Assembly: GCA_013265495.1 (NCBI GenBank)
Contig: MU059403.1
Coordinates: 1,502,960 to 1,566,959 of the forward strand
From: Vicugna vicugna
Taxonomy: Eukaryota
Length of the DNA stretch: 64,000 bases
Reading direction: 5' to 3'
Position numbers and translations under genes: made by a program. The number at the start of each line of letters is the position of its first letter. Position 1 is the stretch's first letter. This document shows, one piece after another, positions 1 through 13,386 of the stretch. The notes beneath the pieces were generated by a model. It was not told the origin of the DNA and made no database searches. It saw only the letters and a program-made list of their open reading frames with translations.

Positions 1-2778
1 TGTGTTTCTCTGGCAAACCTATGTTCAGTGCAATGAGAAGACGGTGAGCTGCTGCATTTCCATAAACCATCCGTTTAATACTCGGCATTACTTTAATTTG
101 ATAATGGGGTTGCTGTTTCTTTTTATTGTTTCAATAAAGTAGCCCCCAAAGTTTTAACCAGTCAGAGATGTGCGGGGCGATGTGGTCTGGAAAGCTCCAG
201 AGGTGGGGTTAAAGGTCGAAAGGGGACCTCCTCTGTGCAGTGTCGCCACGTGCCACCAGGGGGCAGACTCAGGCCACACTGGACGTGGTCCAGGGTGTGG
301 AGGACTGAGCCGCCCAGGCCAGGTCGGAAGGAGTCTGGGGTGCAGAAAGGCCCTCCCTGCCGGCTCCTTCCCCTCACCCCGGCCGGCCAAAGCCAACGCC
401 CCCTCGGACAGCAGAAGCCGGGGAGGTCCAGGTGTGAGGCCTGCAGTGGCAGGTGCGTGAGGATGGGGACAGGGGGCGGGGCTCTTCCCAGCCGCCCTGG
501 CCAGCAGTGGGGGTGGGGGCCTGGGGCCTTCTCACCCCTTCCCTGTCACAGCCTGCGGACCTGGGATGTGAGGACGTCATGCTTTAGGAAAACACCTTGC
601 AAACCAGCTGTCACTTTGCAAAGCTGGCTTGGAAAGGAGACTTTGGTCAGAAAGTACAGCTGCCCGACCCTTGCTGTCGTCTGCTGAGAGAAGAGGCAGA
701 GGCGACCCTGGGACCCGCGTGGTGCCCGTGGGGAAAACCTGAGCCACGGGACCCGGCAGGAGGCGCTGCGGCAGGTGTGAGCCTCTGCCGGGTCCAGGCG
801 GGTGGGCTGGGCCTGCGCCCCCGTCCCAGCCCCTGGTCAGCCTCCCGCATGGCTGCCACTTATTCCAAAGCCACGCCAACGACTGGGGCAGCAACATTTG
901 AAAGCTGCCCAAGGTGTGGTCCTGATTACGAAGTGCCTCCCGTCAGCCCACAGGACAGAGCTGAGGGCTGAGGGGACCCCCTGCAAAACCGATCAACCTC
1001 AGTCCCAAAAGAGCATCACACGACAGGTCTAAGGCCAACCTCGACCAGCGTTTCTGCTCTAGGAAAGCCGTGCGCCCCTCATTGCCGGGGCGGCGGGGGA
1101 CTTGTGCGTGTGGGTGTGCTCACGGTTGACGCGGCTTGGCGGGGAAGTCACAAAATGCGTGACAGTGCTCTGCGTGCAGCCCGCCCTTTCATCTTAGTTA
1201 ATCTGAAGTGGTTTGAGGGGTGCCAGGAGCAGATGCTTCCCCACTCCCCTAGGTGCTGCGTTTTCCTGGGAGAAGCTTGGAGAAAGTGCACCTGGGCACA
1301 GGCACCATCACTGGCGTCCTGAGACGGGACACGCCGTCAGCATGTCCTCGCTGGCGGCCCCTCCCCGGGGCTCAGCCTCGGCTGAGAGCCTCGCAGCAGC
1401 CCGCCAAGGAGGCCAGAACAGGCCTCGTTGCGCCCACCGTGCAGAAACGACCTGAGTACCAGGAGTCGTGGCGACGTGTGTGCCTAATCCGCGTACTGTG
1501 CAGTGGGCCTGCCGTGAGGACGTGGCTCTGAAGATGGTGGTTACACCCGGCCGGCACCTCCGAGGACTGCGGGGCGGCGGCGGGGCCAGGAAGCAGGCGA
1601 AGCACCGACCCACAAACACCAAGAAGTCGGACGTCCACGCGTCTTTAGGTTGTCATTTCTTACTGGCAGAGACAGGCAGCCTCCTTTTGTTCCTAAATTC
1701 GAGGGGCCGCGCTGGGGGGCGCACGGCAGCCTGAGATAAAAGGAAACCCAGCAGTCCTACCCCGTCCTAACTTAAACTTCGGTGTTGCGCTCTCTGTGGA
1801 GTTTTGCATTAGTTTGATTTTTTCAAATACTGGTTTTGCTGTCATTTGTCTTAGGACTGAGTTTTCAGTTGCCTCCCTCTCCTCACCTCAGTCCCAGCCC
1901 TGCATGGACCTGGTTTGGCTCCAAAAACCATTCCTTCTTCCAAAGGATGACCTTTAAGATGGTGAAACAGTCACAGAAAAATAGACCGGACACTATCGGC
2001 TTCCCTGTGACAGGACGGGACTGTCCCTTGGCTGTGACAGGGGTGGGCCCAGTCCCTTTGCAGCTCCCCTTCTGTGGGGGCTGCGATGGGCCCAGCGGCC
2101 GCTCTGCTCCTGCCAGGGCCGTGCGGGCAGCTCCAGGCCACCCCCGAGCCCTGTGTTGTCACTTGAAGGTGGAGCTACCCTCAGCGGGCCAGTCTGCGTC
2201 CCTGGCTTGGAGCCCTGGCCCCTGGTCCTCCACCTCAAGACACCTGCGTGCATCGCTCCCACCTGGCTGCACCCCTCACTCCATCGTTGCTGCCACCGTC
2301 TTGGCTGTGGATTCGTCTGTCCTCACCCCAAAGCCAAAGTCAAACTTTCTGACTATGATGCGGATTCCTGACAGAGCGTGGGTGCCTGCATTTCCTGGGG
2401 CTGCTGGAATGAAGACCCACAGCCCGGGTGCTCAGAACAGCATAACCCATCCCCCACAGCTCTGCAACTGAGGTCCCTCCAGGCGCCCCTCGCCCTGGCC
2501 TGTCCCGTGGTGCTCTGGGGGCCCTGCTCCTCCCAGAAGGACGCCGTCATGGGACGGGGCCCGCCTGGCCTCTAGGATGACCCCCATCTTACCTGATTTC
2601 TTCTGCAGGGACCCCACTTCCAAATAGCTCTGACTGTCAGATACCAGTGTCAGGCGTGGACACATCCTTCTGGGGACAAGCTCACCCCGGCACGAGAGGG
2701 CAGGTGCAGGCGTGCCTCCCACGCGGGGGCTGCGCTCTGCTCAGACGCAGTTTGGGTCCCGGGACGGGGAGGGAGGAT

Positions 2779-2797
2779 CCGCCACCAGGTGGCACTG
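2779..2797 (+). promoter_or_regulatory. Candidate CTCF site
   Basis: ccgCCACCAGGTGGCACTg matches the CTCF core CCASYAGRKGGCRSY at all 15 positions (2782-2796). Motif only; no occupancy data. Confidence 0.6.
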
Positions 2798-5700
2798 CTG
2801 CCCAGGGTTTGTCTCAGGCCCAGGCCGCGTGTTCTGCCCTGCCCTGCAGCCGGGAAACTGATCCCGGTGAAGACCCTGAAGACCGCCTGGGAGCCGCTCT
2901 CCTGCCGGCTGGAAGGTCTGCTTTCCTCCATCACGTTCGGGTCTGGGGCCTGACGCCTTGGCTGCAGCCCTGGTCCCGCAGCTGGTTTCGGTCAGTTTGG
3001 GGCTGCTGTGATGAGTGACTGCTGGTCTATGACAGGTGGGCAAGTGGGCCTGGGTGCAGGGACCACAGGAGAGCCTGGGGCCAAGCAGGGGAGGGAGCTG
3101 GTGAAGATCACAGGGCCAAGGAGCCAGCCTCGCCCGGCACCCCAAGGGCGTGTGCACACCCCACACATGTGTGCACACAGACATGTGTGCATACAGGGGC
3201 ACCACACACGTCCACACGTCTGCGTTCACTGGGAGCAGACTTCAGCCTGGGGGACACTGCAGTGCTGACCGGCCTGCGCTTTGGCACACTGCAGTGTGGA
3301 CTGTACCGCAGACGTAGCCCCCGTTGGCGATGCAGGGGAGGCAGCCTGAGCCTGGGGTCTGCCCTGGACCTGCTCTGGGTCCTGGAGCCTTGTCCATGTC
3401 GGGTGGTTTGGGGACCTCTTTCCTAGCCCAGACCCTCGTGGTCCCACGTCTCCCTCTCAGGGCGTCTGTGAAGGCCCCGCGGCCACCACAGGCCACCTGA
3501 CAAGGTAACAAAGCTCCGTTCACCCTGTGCTCACTTTTATGGCCGCTGTCTGGTTTCCGTGAGGGCCCAGCTACTTTGATGTGGCCGTGTGCTCCGGCCG
3601 AGCAGATGCGGCTGATCTGAGCGCTGGTCCATCCCGCTGCCGGCGGGGGACGGTTCCTCCTGGAACCACCCCCCACCCCCGCTGGCAGCAACACAACGTC
3701 TTTTACTGCCTTGCAGGTGCCTGCAGCCAGATAAATGGGGCCCAGAGGCCGTTACTGATAAGGAAATTTAATACCTAACAGGACTGGGAGCTTTCGCAGG
3801 GGCACGGCCGGAGGGGACCCAGGGGCATGAACGGGGTGACTGTGAGGGAGGGGCGGGCTCACCTGCTCCTCAGCGAGGGAGCGCCTGTGCTGCCCCGTTC
3901 CAGGAGAAGAACTCACTTTTCAGCCGATCGGATGCTCATCTACCTGGGAAGAGCCGTGTCGGATCTTGTCCCTTCCGTCAGAAACTGAGTGCATTTCGAG
4001 ATGGCTCTTTTTCTTCGCTTTTAATCTGGACTGTGGGTGACAGGAAGCCCCCTCAGCTGTGTGGTGCTGAGACCAAGGGGATCAGACTCGTGGGGTGGGC
4101 TCCGGGCCGAGCTCCAGCTGGGGTCCCCGGGGGAGGGCGAGGGGGCTGGCTGCTTCTGCGCAGGAGGGGACCTTCTGGACGCCGTCCTGCTCTCCTCCAG
4201 GTGGCTCTTTTTTCACTTTGAGGCTCAAAATCTGCATGGATCACACAGCCCCTGAGCTTTTTCTACCTGTGAGGACACAGCTAGTTGCCACGTCCAGCCT
4301 TTCTCCTTGTTTTTGTTGCATGCTCTCCAGGTAGCTGTGACGTGTGCAAAGGGCCGCCCAGGAGCGAGCCCCTCAAGCCCCGTGACACGGCAGTCGCAGC
4401 TGACACATCTCGTGGTGGAGATGGTCAAGCACCCCTTCTCACATGGCTGCTCAAGCTGAGGATGGGGTGTGCGCGGCCTCTCCGGGGCTGTCCAGGTGCT
4501 CGCAGTGGAGGAGACGGGGCAGGCCACCGATGCCCACGTCACGGGGCCCTGGCCACTGGCTGCAGGGGACTCCCAGGGCTGGAGCAGCCGTGGGGGACCC
4601 TGGTGTCTCCAACAGTCCTGGGGGGAGCCAGCCGTGGGGCAGGTGGGAAGGTGACCTGCATCCTCCCCAGAAGCTGCTTCCCGCACAGAACGGGAGACGG
4701 CCCAGAAGGGGTGAAGTGTCCGGCTTGAGCTCCTGCCCACGGCGGAACCTGACCCAGGCGCCCACTGCAGGAGGACCTGCCCTCCAGAGAAGTGGGGTCC
4801 GGGAGGAAGTGAACTCGGCCACCAGCCGCGTGACTCCCTTGCATCCCGTGTCCTGTGGCCGCCGGCCGGTCAGGTCCAGCGCAGCTGGGTGACCAGGTGG
4901 AGCTGGTACACAGAGCCGCCGGGGGTCCAGCCCTGACCCACCCCGTCCAGGGGCCCCCTTTCTTCCAGAGGGGAGAACATGGGGAGGACTCTGCTGGAGG
5001 GAGCCCCGACAAGCTGGCTGTTGCCCAGGCGGCTCGGAGGAGCCAGACATGTGGCTTGAGGGTCCCCTCTGTCCACCACCACTGGCTGCTTCATTCTCAC
5101 TCAAGGGCCTTGAGCATCTCTCTCTGCAGCCAGGTGTGAGAACTGAAACCCAGGCTTGTGGCTCTCAGGTCCCCGCTGGCCGTGGCTGAGATGCCAGAAG
5201 GCTGCTGTCTGGGGGTCCTGGTTGGAGGCTTCAGGGTGCCCTCTGAACCCCAGGGCCTCTCAGGCCTCGTAGTCACGTCCCTGGGAGGGGTCTGCCCACA
5301 CCTCCAGCCCCAACCAGATCGCTCTGCTCCTGGCTTTTTCAATTTGGGGTTCCCAAGAATGTTTGCACAGAGGACTCCGACACCAGGCGGCCAGGAGCCC
5401 CTGGGGGAAGGGATAGCCTTGTTCCCTCACCACGGGTCTCGGGCGTGGAGGAAGCCCACACTGACCCCCAGGCAGCCAAGCAGACTGCCCTCAGCTCCCT
5501 GGGCGAGCGGACGGGCTGAGACCCAGCTGCAGCCCACATCCCAGGTCCGAGTTCTGTCTCCACGCGGGCTGTCGGGGAGGTGGTGGCGCTGGGACGTGGG
5601 CAAGCCGGGTGGACGTGACTCTCGGGGCTGTCACGCTGTGGCTTCGGGAGCTTGGACAATCCCCTGACCGCTGGAGGGTTGTTTTCTTATCCGCAAGACG

Positions 5701-8700
5701 AACACAACTGTACCTGCTTCCCAGGGTTGTTTCCAGTAAAGAAAGAGATGTCTTTGGAAGCCCTCACAGGTGCCGAGGAGGCGAGGGGCTTACGCCTGCT
5801 GGCTGTGCGCCACCCCGAGTTGCCTGCTCAGGACGGCTTCAGCCCACCTCCTTCCTCCGTCCCCTGGAAGGATCCAGAGCCTCCAGGTCCTGGGGGGCTC
5901 CGCCGTCCTGCCCCCAGGCCACCTGCCTCTCCCTCTCAGTGACCCCGAGCCCTTTCCCCGCAGGCTGGTGTGGCGGGAAACCGGGGGACACAACCCACAG
6001 CCTCGTTCTTTCTGACAGCACAGTCAACCTCCAACCGTGTCGAAGGCAAACTCGAGACAGAAAATGTTAGAAGCAGGTTCTGGAACCGCATCTGGGTGTG
6101 AGTTCTCACTTGTGTGAGATGACGCGTGTGAGAGCTTGGATGTTGTCAGGGAAAAGCCAGGGCGAGTTCTCAGCTGCCACTTTTTGCCTCCGCGCTCAGG
6201 TGGAGACCTGGGTTTCTCGTTGGAAAATGGCCTACGAACATCCCGTGATAAGATTCAGTTGTGAGTCTGGTTTTGTATCTTAAAGGCCAGGCTAACCACC
6301 TTCACTGGGAGTTGCCTTTTAAAACTGTAAGTAAGGAGTCGTCTTGGGGTGACTCGACACAGATCGGACCCAGGTGTGGCCGCTGGTCGCCCTCCTCACC
6401 TGGCCCCGTCCCCAGCCTTGGCACGGGGCCGGGGGACCTCACTCCCAGCAAAGCGGTTCCAGTGCCGATTCCTCGCCTGCCTCTAACAGCCGCGTGGAAG
6501 GGGCGGCTGGATACGTCTTCCTCTCCACGTGTCTGCGCACAGCTTATCAAGGTAATGGTGCGCATATCTAAGCTAATACAGCTTTTTCCGGGGCCTCGTA
6601 AAGTCGGAAAGTTATCCCCTCCCCGTAGTTACGATGTGAAATGAAAGGGGTCCCGCTGAGCAGCCCTGGCACATGTGCACTTGGTTAAATGCATTTTTTA
6701 AATAAAAGCGTCTCTCAAGGTTTTTCTGCTGTTGTTGTTTTTCGTTTTGTGTTTTCATAACCACAAGATGCTAAGTAATCTGTTGACTTAGTCGAGTGCG
6801 TATTTAATCCCCAAAGAAAACTCTGAAAGGGTTGACATAAAAAGCAGGCAGGGATGGGACGCAGCTCAGAGCGAAGGCCCTCGGCCCCGTCTCCCTCAGG
6901 AGGGGCCGTGCGTGGAGAGTCCCTGGTGCCCTTTCCAGAAGACCCAGGGTCACCGCACCGCATCGACACAGGTGGCCTTCCTCCTACCATTCCCGTGAAC
7001 TGGGTGGCTGGAGCACCCCATGCTCCAGGAGGGACGGCGGTGAACAAGCCAACGTCCCTCTAAACACGTGCAGCCCCGCTGGCGTCCCCGGTGCGCACTT
7101 TCTCTTCTTTCCTCCAGCCTTCAGTTGCAAATCAAAGGGAAGGAATCAGTGAGTCCTTAAATACAACGCTGGCGCCTCCGCCTGGCGATGCCTTTGACAC
7201 GCTGGATGTTGAGGGCGAGGTGGTCCTGGAACCCCCGGTAGCCTGGTCGCCTCCGTCAGCGCTGCCCGTGGGCTACCCCCGCTTGCCTTTATTCAGCGGG
7301 ACCTCAGCATCTCCATGGTTTTCACCCCTAGAGCTTCTGATCTGTGGCCTGTGCCCCTCAGGCAGCAGCCAGCAGGTGCGACCTCGGTAGAAAAGTGTCA
7401 TGCAGCACAGCCGGCCTCCCAGGTGGCTCCGCCCAGCCAGGCCGCGGGCGTGCGTGCCGTGGGCGGGCTTGTGTGAGAACTCTCCCTCTGGCGGTGCAGC
7501 TCGGTGAACAGATCTTTCAGATTTTCTCTTCTCCTCAAATTAAACACCTACGTGTGTTTCACTGACCAGCGTTGACAAATCCTGCCAAGACGTGGTGAGC
7601 TGAGCCTCTCCTGCGAGGTGGTCCTGTCCCATCACCGACCGCCGCTGACGCATGGTCTGGGGTCCATCAGTGGTCTCGGGGTCCCCTGTTTTCTCAAGGG
7701 CCAACCAGAGAGCATCCAGTCACGAGAACTCGTCACGGGTGGCCAGTTTCAGCAAGGCTGTCTCCAGACGCCCTCCTTGGCCCCTGGACGAGTCAGCCTC
7801 AGGGACCAGAGCCACCCGAGATGAGGGGCTTCGTTCTGCAGCAGGTGCTTCGTCACCTCCTCAACGCCCCTCCTCGCCCCTGCTCCCCGCGTCTCCTGCC
7901 CCAGAGTGTGTGGTTCACTCAGACCCCCCCCGAATAAACAGTGTGTCTCTGAAGAAGCTGCTCCCGCTCCAGCCTGAGGGTCAGCAGTGTGGGCTGTGGG
8001 CAGGTGGCCCGTGAGGGGCATCCTGTGGTCTGTGATGTGCTAGCGGCATCTCCGCCCCTACCCTCGGGTGCCTGGCGCCCCCTCCCCCGTCTCCAGACAC
8101 TGCCCGTGTCCTCTGGGGACAGACGACAACCCCGGCTGAGAGCCCTGGTCCGAGCCAACCATGACCACCCGGCCTCCTCTCCCAAGACCATTTCTGAAGG
8201 TGCCTTTGACCCATATGAAGAAAGTCTGCTGGAGACTCCTGGGAAGGGTTTTGCTTTTAAAAAAGGTGTAAGAGGAAGTTTTCCCTCTTTCTATTGAACC
8301 TCGTCTGAATCGGTGTGAGGCCGTGTCCCACAGCAGCCATCCTGATGGGACGTGATAGGGGCAGAGGGCAGCGTGGGCCGTGCTCCTGGCCCCGCCTGTG
8401 GATGTCCTCTTGGGGCAGGTTGCTCGGTCACTGCCGATGCTGTCACTGGTCAGTGAGAACCTGGGGGCTAAGTCAACACCGAGTGGCTCCCTCACAGCTC
8501 TGGGGGAGCCCAAGCCCGCAGTCCGAGTCCCAGGACAGAAGTGGGCATGCGGGCGGGGCTGGCCCTTCCGGGGGGTCTGGGAAGGGTCCGCACCTTTTCT
8601 AGCTTCCGGGGGCGCCTGCGTCCCTGCACTTGTGACCTCCTCTGTCTACCGAGAGCGTCACGCCCCCTCTGCTTGTCTCTGTCATGATGCCGCCTACTCC

Positions 8701-9229
8701 GCGTCTGCGCTCACGTCTCCCTCGGCCTTGTCCTTACAAGGACCCTTGAGACAACATGTGGGGCCACCCTGGAGAGTCCAGGACAGTCTCTCCTCTCAAG
8801 ACCCTATACTCCACCACGTCTGCCAAAGCCCCTCTTGCCGTCTAAGGTGACACAGGGCCAGGGATGGGGGACCTCTGGGGTCACTCAGCCCACCACACGG
8901 GGGGAGCTATTTCTCTAGTGTCTCAGCTGAACACGGCCTGTTACAAGCCTTCCATGTGAATGTTGTCCTGGTGCCAAAGTTCCAAGGACGTCGCCCACAA
9001 CCGCTCTGCTCGAGAGCCCGGCAGGCTTGGCGAGGCCTGGCCTTCGCTGCTGCTGGAGCCTGGAGTCAAGTGAGGCTCCTTATTTAGAAGGTGAGCCACT
9101 TCCAGGGTGTGGACTGTGGACACTTGGCACCACGGTGTGCAGCAGTCACTCCGAGGACAGGCCAGTCAAGTCGAGGAGCCGTGAGTCACTGGCCGGCCCC
9201 ACCCGTGCCAGACGCCCTCGGGTAAACAG

Positions 9230-9970
9230 CAGGCGACGTGAGGTCACAAAGCACAAGCCGGTCGGCGGCCCAGGCTGTTTGCTCTGGCGTCTTCGCGGGC
9301 GAGCTGACCGCCGGGGGCGGCACGCGGTCGGCCAGGGTGTGAGGCGGTCTCACCGGCCCGGCCCGGGGGCACTCGCTCTCTGGGCTTTTCTTCTGGCTTT
9401 TAGTTTGGAGACGGATCTCAGATCACTCTGCCGCGGGGCTGGGTTGAGGCTCCACCGGGAAAGAATGAGTTAGAAATGCCAGGCTGCTCGGGGTCTGCAC
9501 GCCCGGGAGGCGCGTTCGCCCTACGATACTTGACGCTCGTAAGCCCGAAACTGACCTCGGTGACACGCCCGAGGCTGCGGCAAACTTCCAAGGGCCGCGG
9601 GGAGACCTGCGGCCGTGCGGGCCCTGGGCTCCCCGCGGGCGGTGTGCTGCGCGGCGCTGCTCCGGCCCGGCTTTCCCGTCTTCCCAGCGCTGAGTCTGTC
9701 CGTCCTCCTGGGAGCCTCTGCCCACCTCCCGAGGGGCTGAGAGGCCTCCCTCCCCACGGCTCCGGCTGTTCGCGGTCGACTTCCGCGCTGGGTCCTAGGT
9801 CGGGTCCCCGCCCAGCACCCGGACACCACGCCGGCGCCTTTGCCGGGATGCCCGACCCCACGTGCGGCCGCTGTCTCCCTCCGTAATTGGCAGTGACCTC
9901 TGTGGGCACAGAGCCCTTCACCTGCAGCCCCGGGGCCGACGCCGGCTCCCAGGAGGGGCGTAGTGACGGC
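9230..9970. promoter_or_regulatory. Orphan CpG island about 39 kb upstream of SMOC2
   Basis: Dense CpG run with no recognisable repeat or coding exon. Boundaries judged by eye. Confidence 0.55.
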
Positions 9971-12900
9971 GGGTTGGATAGGCCAGTAAGTGAGGAGACA
10001 TGAGTCACCACCATCTCCTCTGAGGTGCATTCTCTGAATGTCTCTCTCAGCAAACAGCCCCGCCCTCCATCCTCTAAGACCGCAGGCCACTTAGGACGGA
10101 CCAGGCGGGATGTTACATCACACGTACCCTTATCTCTCTGCTCCTGGAGGGGAGAGACAGCGCCGGTTGTCCCATCGGCGTCGGGTCACAGGAAACTGCC
10201 GGAGATGTTCCTCCACCAGCCAGGGGAGGAAGGAGCGTAAGGAGGAGGGGGCGTGCTCATCGGAGGTTGAGCAGGTCTATGCGAGGCTCAGCCTGCACAC
10301 TCCCTGTGCGTTTGGGCACGTCTCTGCACGTATGTCCACGGACACACATCTGCACACACACATCCACACAGCTAGCTCTCGGAGCACAATTCATGTTAAC
10401 ACACCGAATATGACAGCAGAGGGAATCTGGTGTCATGCAGATAAGACTGCCCGGCCCTGGGCTACGGGGCACCCGGGGGAAGGCTCACCCCTCCACTGCC
10501 GCCCACCCCGTTCTTGGCCGCAGAGAACAGACCTGCAAACTGACTTCAGGGTTTCTTCCTGCTGTCAAAGCTGAGTGCAAAGCCACAAGTCCGCAAAGCC
10601 TGTGGACATCCGAGGTGCGATTCTGGAATGTGGGAAGATTTTCCAGCTGGGGTGTCACCTGGAGGTGTGTGAACTCGCCACCTGGGAAGCCCAGTTTTTC
10701 TGCGACTCCCCAGGCAGCCCCGGGAACAGGCAGAGCCTGGGCCGTGGGATCCCAGCTGCAGGGCAGCAGTGGGTGGGAGGTGAGGACAAGCCTGAGCCCC
10801 TTGGATTTGGCCCGGGGAGCTCTGTGGGCTGATCATGCAGGAACAGGGCAACACAAGGGCTGGTGAGAGGAAGTTTTAGGGGAAAGGCTGGAGTCCCAAG
10901 ACAGCATGCACCCACTAGACTCTGGACTCCGCCCCACACCCTGCGCTTACCGTCCTGCTGAGTTTAATACTGAAGAGCCTGCGAGGAGGGTGCAGCCCTG
11001 ACCTCGCAGGTGGGGTGAGACCCTTTCCCAGCGCCCAAGCTGACCCCGACGTCAGCCCGTCCCGCAGTGGGTCCAGGCCAGGTGGCCTCAGCCTAGGCCT
11101 CCTGACTTTCCAGGACCCAGGCCATGGTGACTGGCTCCACAGCCCCCGCGCAGAAACCACGTCCCCTGTCCAGGGGCCTGCCCCCGTCCAGCCCTTGACT
11201 GGCACGTTTCCCAGCAACCCTGCCGCACCCCCACCACTGAGTGGGGTCACAGGCCACGGCGGGGTCGGCATTTAGAGGACGGGGGTCCTGGAGCTTGGTC
11301 CCTGGGAGAGCTCTGGGATGCCTTCTCAGTGATGGAACCAAACACGTGGCTCTGAAGACAGGAGGTGACTGGGCGGGTGGCGCTGGGGCCCAGAAGTGCT
11401 GGTGCTGATGGACATGTAAGGGCTTTTGCATGAACATGACAGCCCAGGAGGCTTCACGTCAGGCCTGTGCCCAAGCGGCAGGAAATCTGGCATCATTTTT
11501 GGCAAAACGCACAAACGCACATCAGCCAGAGACAAAGGGATGGGCGAGCCTCCCTAGGAGCCAGCGCAACGGCATGAGTGGCTCCAGTGGTGGAACAGCG
11601 AGGCCAGGGAGCGCCAGGTCACGGGAGGAGGCGCGGAGCCCGGGATCCCAGCGAGGGGCCTGGGGTCCCCGTGCACAGAGCTCCCGGGGCCCATCAGGAC
11701 CACGGGGCGCCTCAGCGGCGGGGCGGCGCATACGGCCTCTTGTGGTTTCCTTGCCCTGAACATCCCCTGGATGTGGGGCCATCCCAGAGGCCAGGCTGGG
11801 GTGAAGGCCTGGGAGGGAAATGGCAACTGAAGCGTGCCACCCCGCGTCCGCCCAGCGGGAGACCCCTGTGTGGGTCAGCAGCGACCCGCTCGGCCTGGCC
11901 CGGCCCAGAGGAGGGGGCCTCCCTCCCTCCTGGGCGACGCTGTCAGCCCCGCAGCGCAGCGCTGGCCTCGGCGGTTGGGATTTCTGCCGAGAAGCCCCGC
12001 GGTTTGGGGTGGTTGGGAGTTCTGCCAACGTGAGCACTTTCAATGCGCGTGTCTGTTTTCTTCTTCTTCATCAACAGACTTCACTGATCAGCTCGGAAAA
12101 GAGCCCGAGGAGACGCTGGGTCTGTGGGTGTGGGGCGCAGGCCTCCCTGAATGCCTGTCCAAGCCGAGCTTTCTGTCCATCCAGGGTGGAGGAGGCGAGC
12201 TCTTCCAGGTCTGGAAGCACCTCCAGGCCGTGGGTTCCGGGTTCCAGCAGGGCCGCGGTCCCGAGCTCACCGTGTGCGCATTGCCCACCGTCCCGCATGG
12301 CCAACGCGGACCCGGGAAGCACAGCCCCCGGCGGGCAAGGACGCCAGGCTTGGGGCCGGCGCCTGTGAAGGACGTGGGGCCGGCCCCGGGCACTCACAGA
12401 GACCCTCCAACCACCACCAGCCAGCGTGGATGAGGCGAAGTGACTCAGAGGTGCACGGCTTATATTTCCCTTAAAATAAATATATGCTAAAAAATTAGAG
12501 GGAGATGTGGTTGGACAAATATATTTGGGGTTTTAATCAGACCGAAGTTATGTGAGAAACAGCCTGAAATACTCTAGTAACGGAGGCCCCAGCCCCGGGC
12601 GGTCGGCATCAGCACGCCGCCGGAGGTGAGGAGGGGCCGGCTCACGGCTGAGCCCCCCCCACCCGGGGGCCCTTCCCTGGCTCCACAGCTGGGGGTTCAC
12701 GATATTCATGAGTGACAGGACGAAGGCCCATTTGAAGCAACTGAGGCAAGTTTATGAACCTCAGTCTGGAATGAGCATGCCCAGGGTAACAGCGCTCGCT
12801 CTTTTCCCCACTTTCCCTCTTCAGAGATGCCCCAGGTCACCCTTCTGTGACACTCTGGTGGCCACAGGCGTCCCTGGGGGGCGTTAAGGAGAGAGATAGG

Positions 12901-13338
12901 TGGTAGTTTTAAAGGTCGAGTCCCGCACTTCGAGCCCGGGTGTAGTCATGTGTCTAATAAGCGTAGACGGCATTGCTGTGCCAGAACCACGGAAAGGCGG
13001 CCCGCGGTGACCGCGCCCCTCGGACAGCACTGGGGACGCCTCCGATTTACCTGTGGACATGACACCACCTGTGTGGGAATGTGAGTGAGAGCAGAACGGG
13101 GGGTTGGGAGGACACCGGCCCCCGGGAGGAGCCGCCCTGCAGGGAAAGCAGGGCCCGGCTCCAGCTTCGACCTCGGAGCCGCAGAACCTTTGTGAAGGGA
13201 AATCACAAGGGCCCTCCCGGCCCGCAGGGAATGGCTCTGCCCGCTCGGGCGCAAGCCTGGGAGCAGCGAGGGCGGCCCAGCAAGCTGCCAGCCAGGCGCA
13301 CGGGGCCTTTGGCTGAGGCGGCGAGCAGGGCGTGCCCG

Positions 13339-13386
13339 GCCAGGTGTGCCCCGCCAGGTGTGCCCCGCCAGGTGTGTGTGTGTGTT
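13339..13386. repeat. 14-bp short tandem repeat (GCCAGGTGTGCCCC x2.7) running into (TG)n
   Basis: Units start at 13339, 13353 and 13367. Confidence 0.9.

Noticed and set aside
3285-3298. 14-bp palindromes (cacactgcagtgtg here; cggccccggggccg at 25266-25279)
   Set aside because: Several palindromes of this length are expected by chance in 64 kb.
7091-7390. Exon-like ORF segment (DAFDTLDVEGEVVLEPP)
   Set aside because: Looks protein-like for a short stretch, but I recognise no family and see no convincing splice pair.
12914-12940. Pol III B-box-like ggtcgagtccc / ttcgagccc
   Set aside because: Fails GWTCRANNC, has no A-box at proper spacing, and no cloverleaf or SINE body.
13011-13030. REST/RE1-like half sites here and near 45608 and 60774
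   Set aside because: Only one half-site matches in each case; no full 21-bp RE1.
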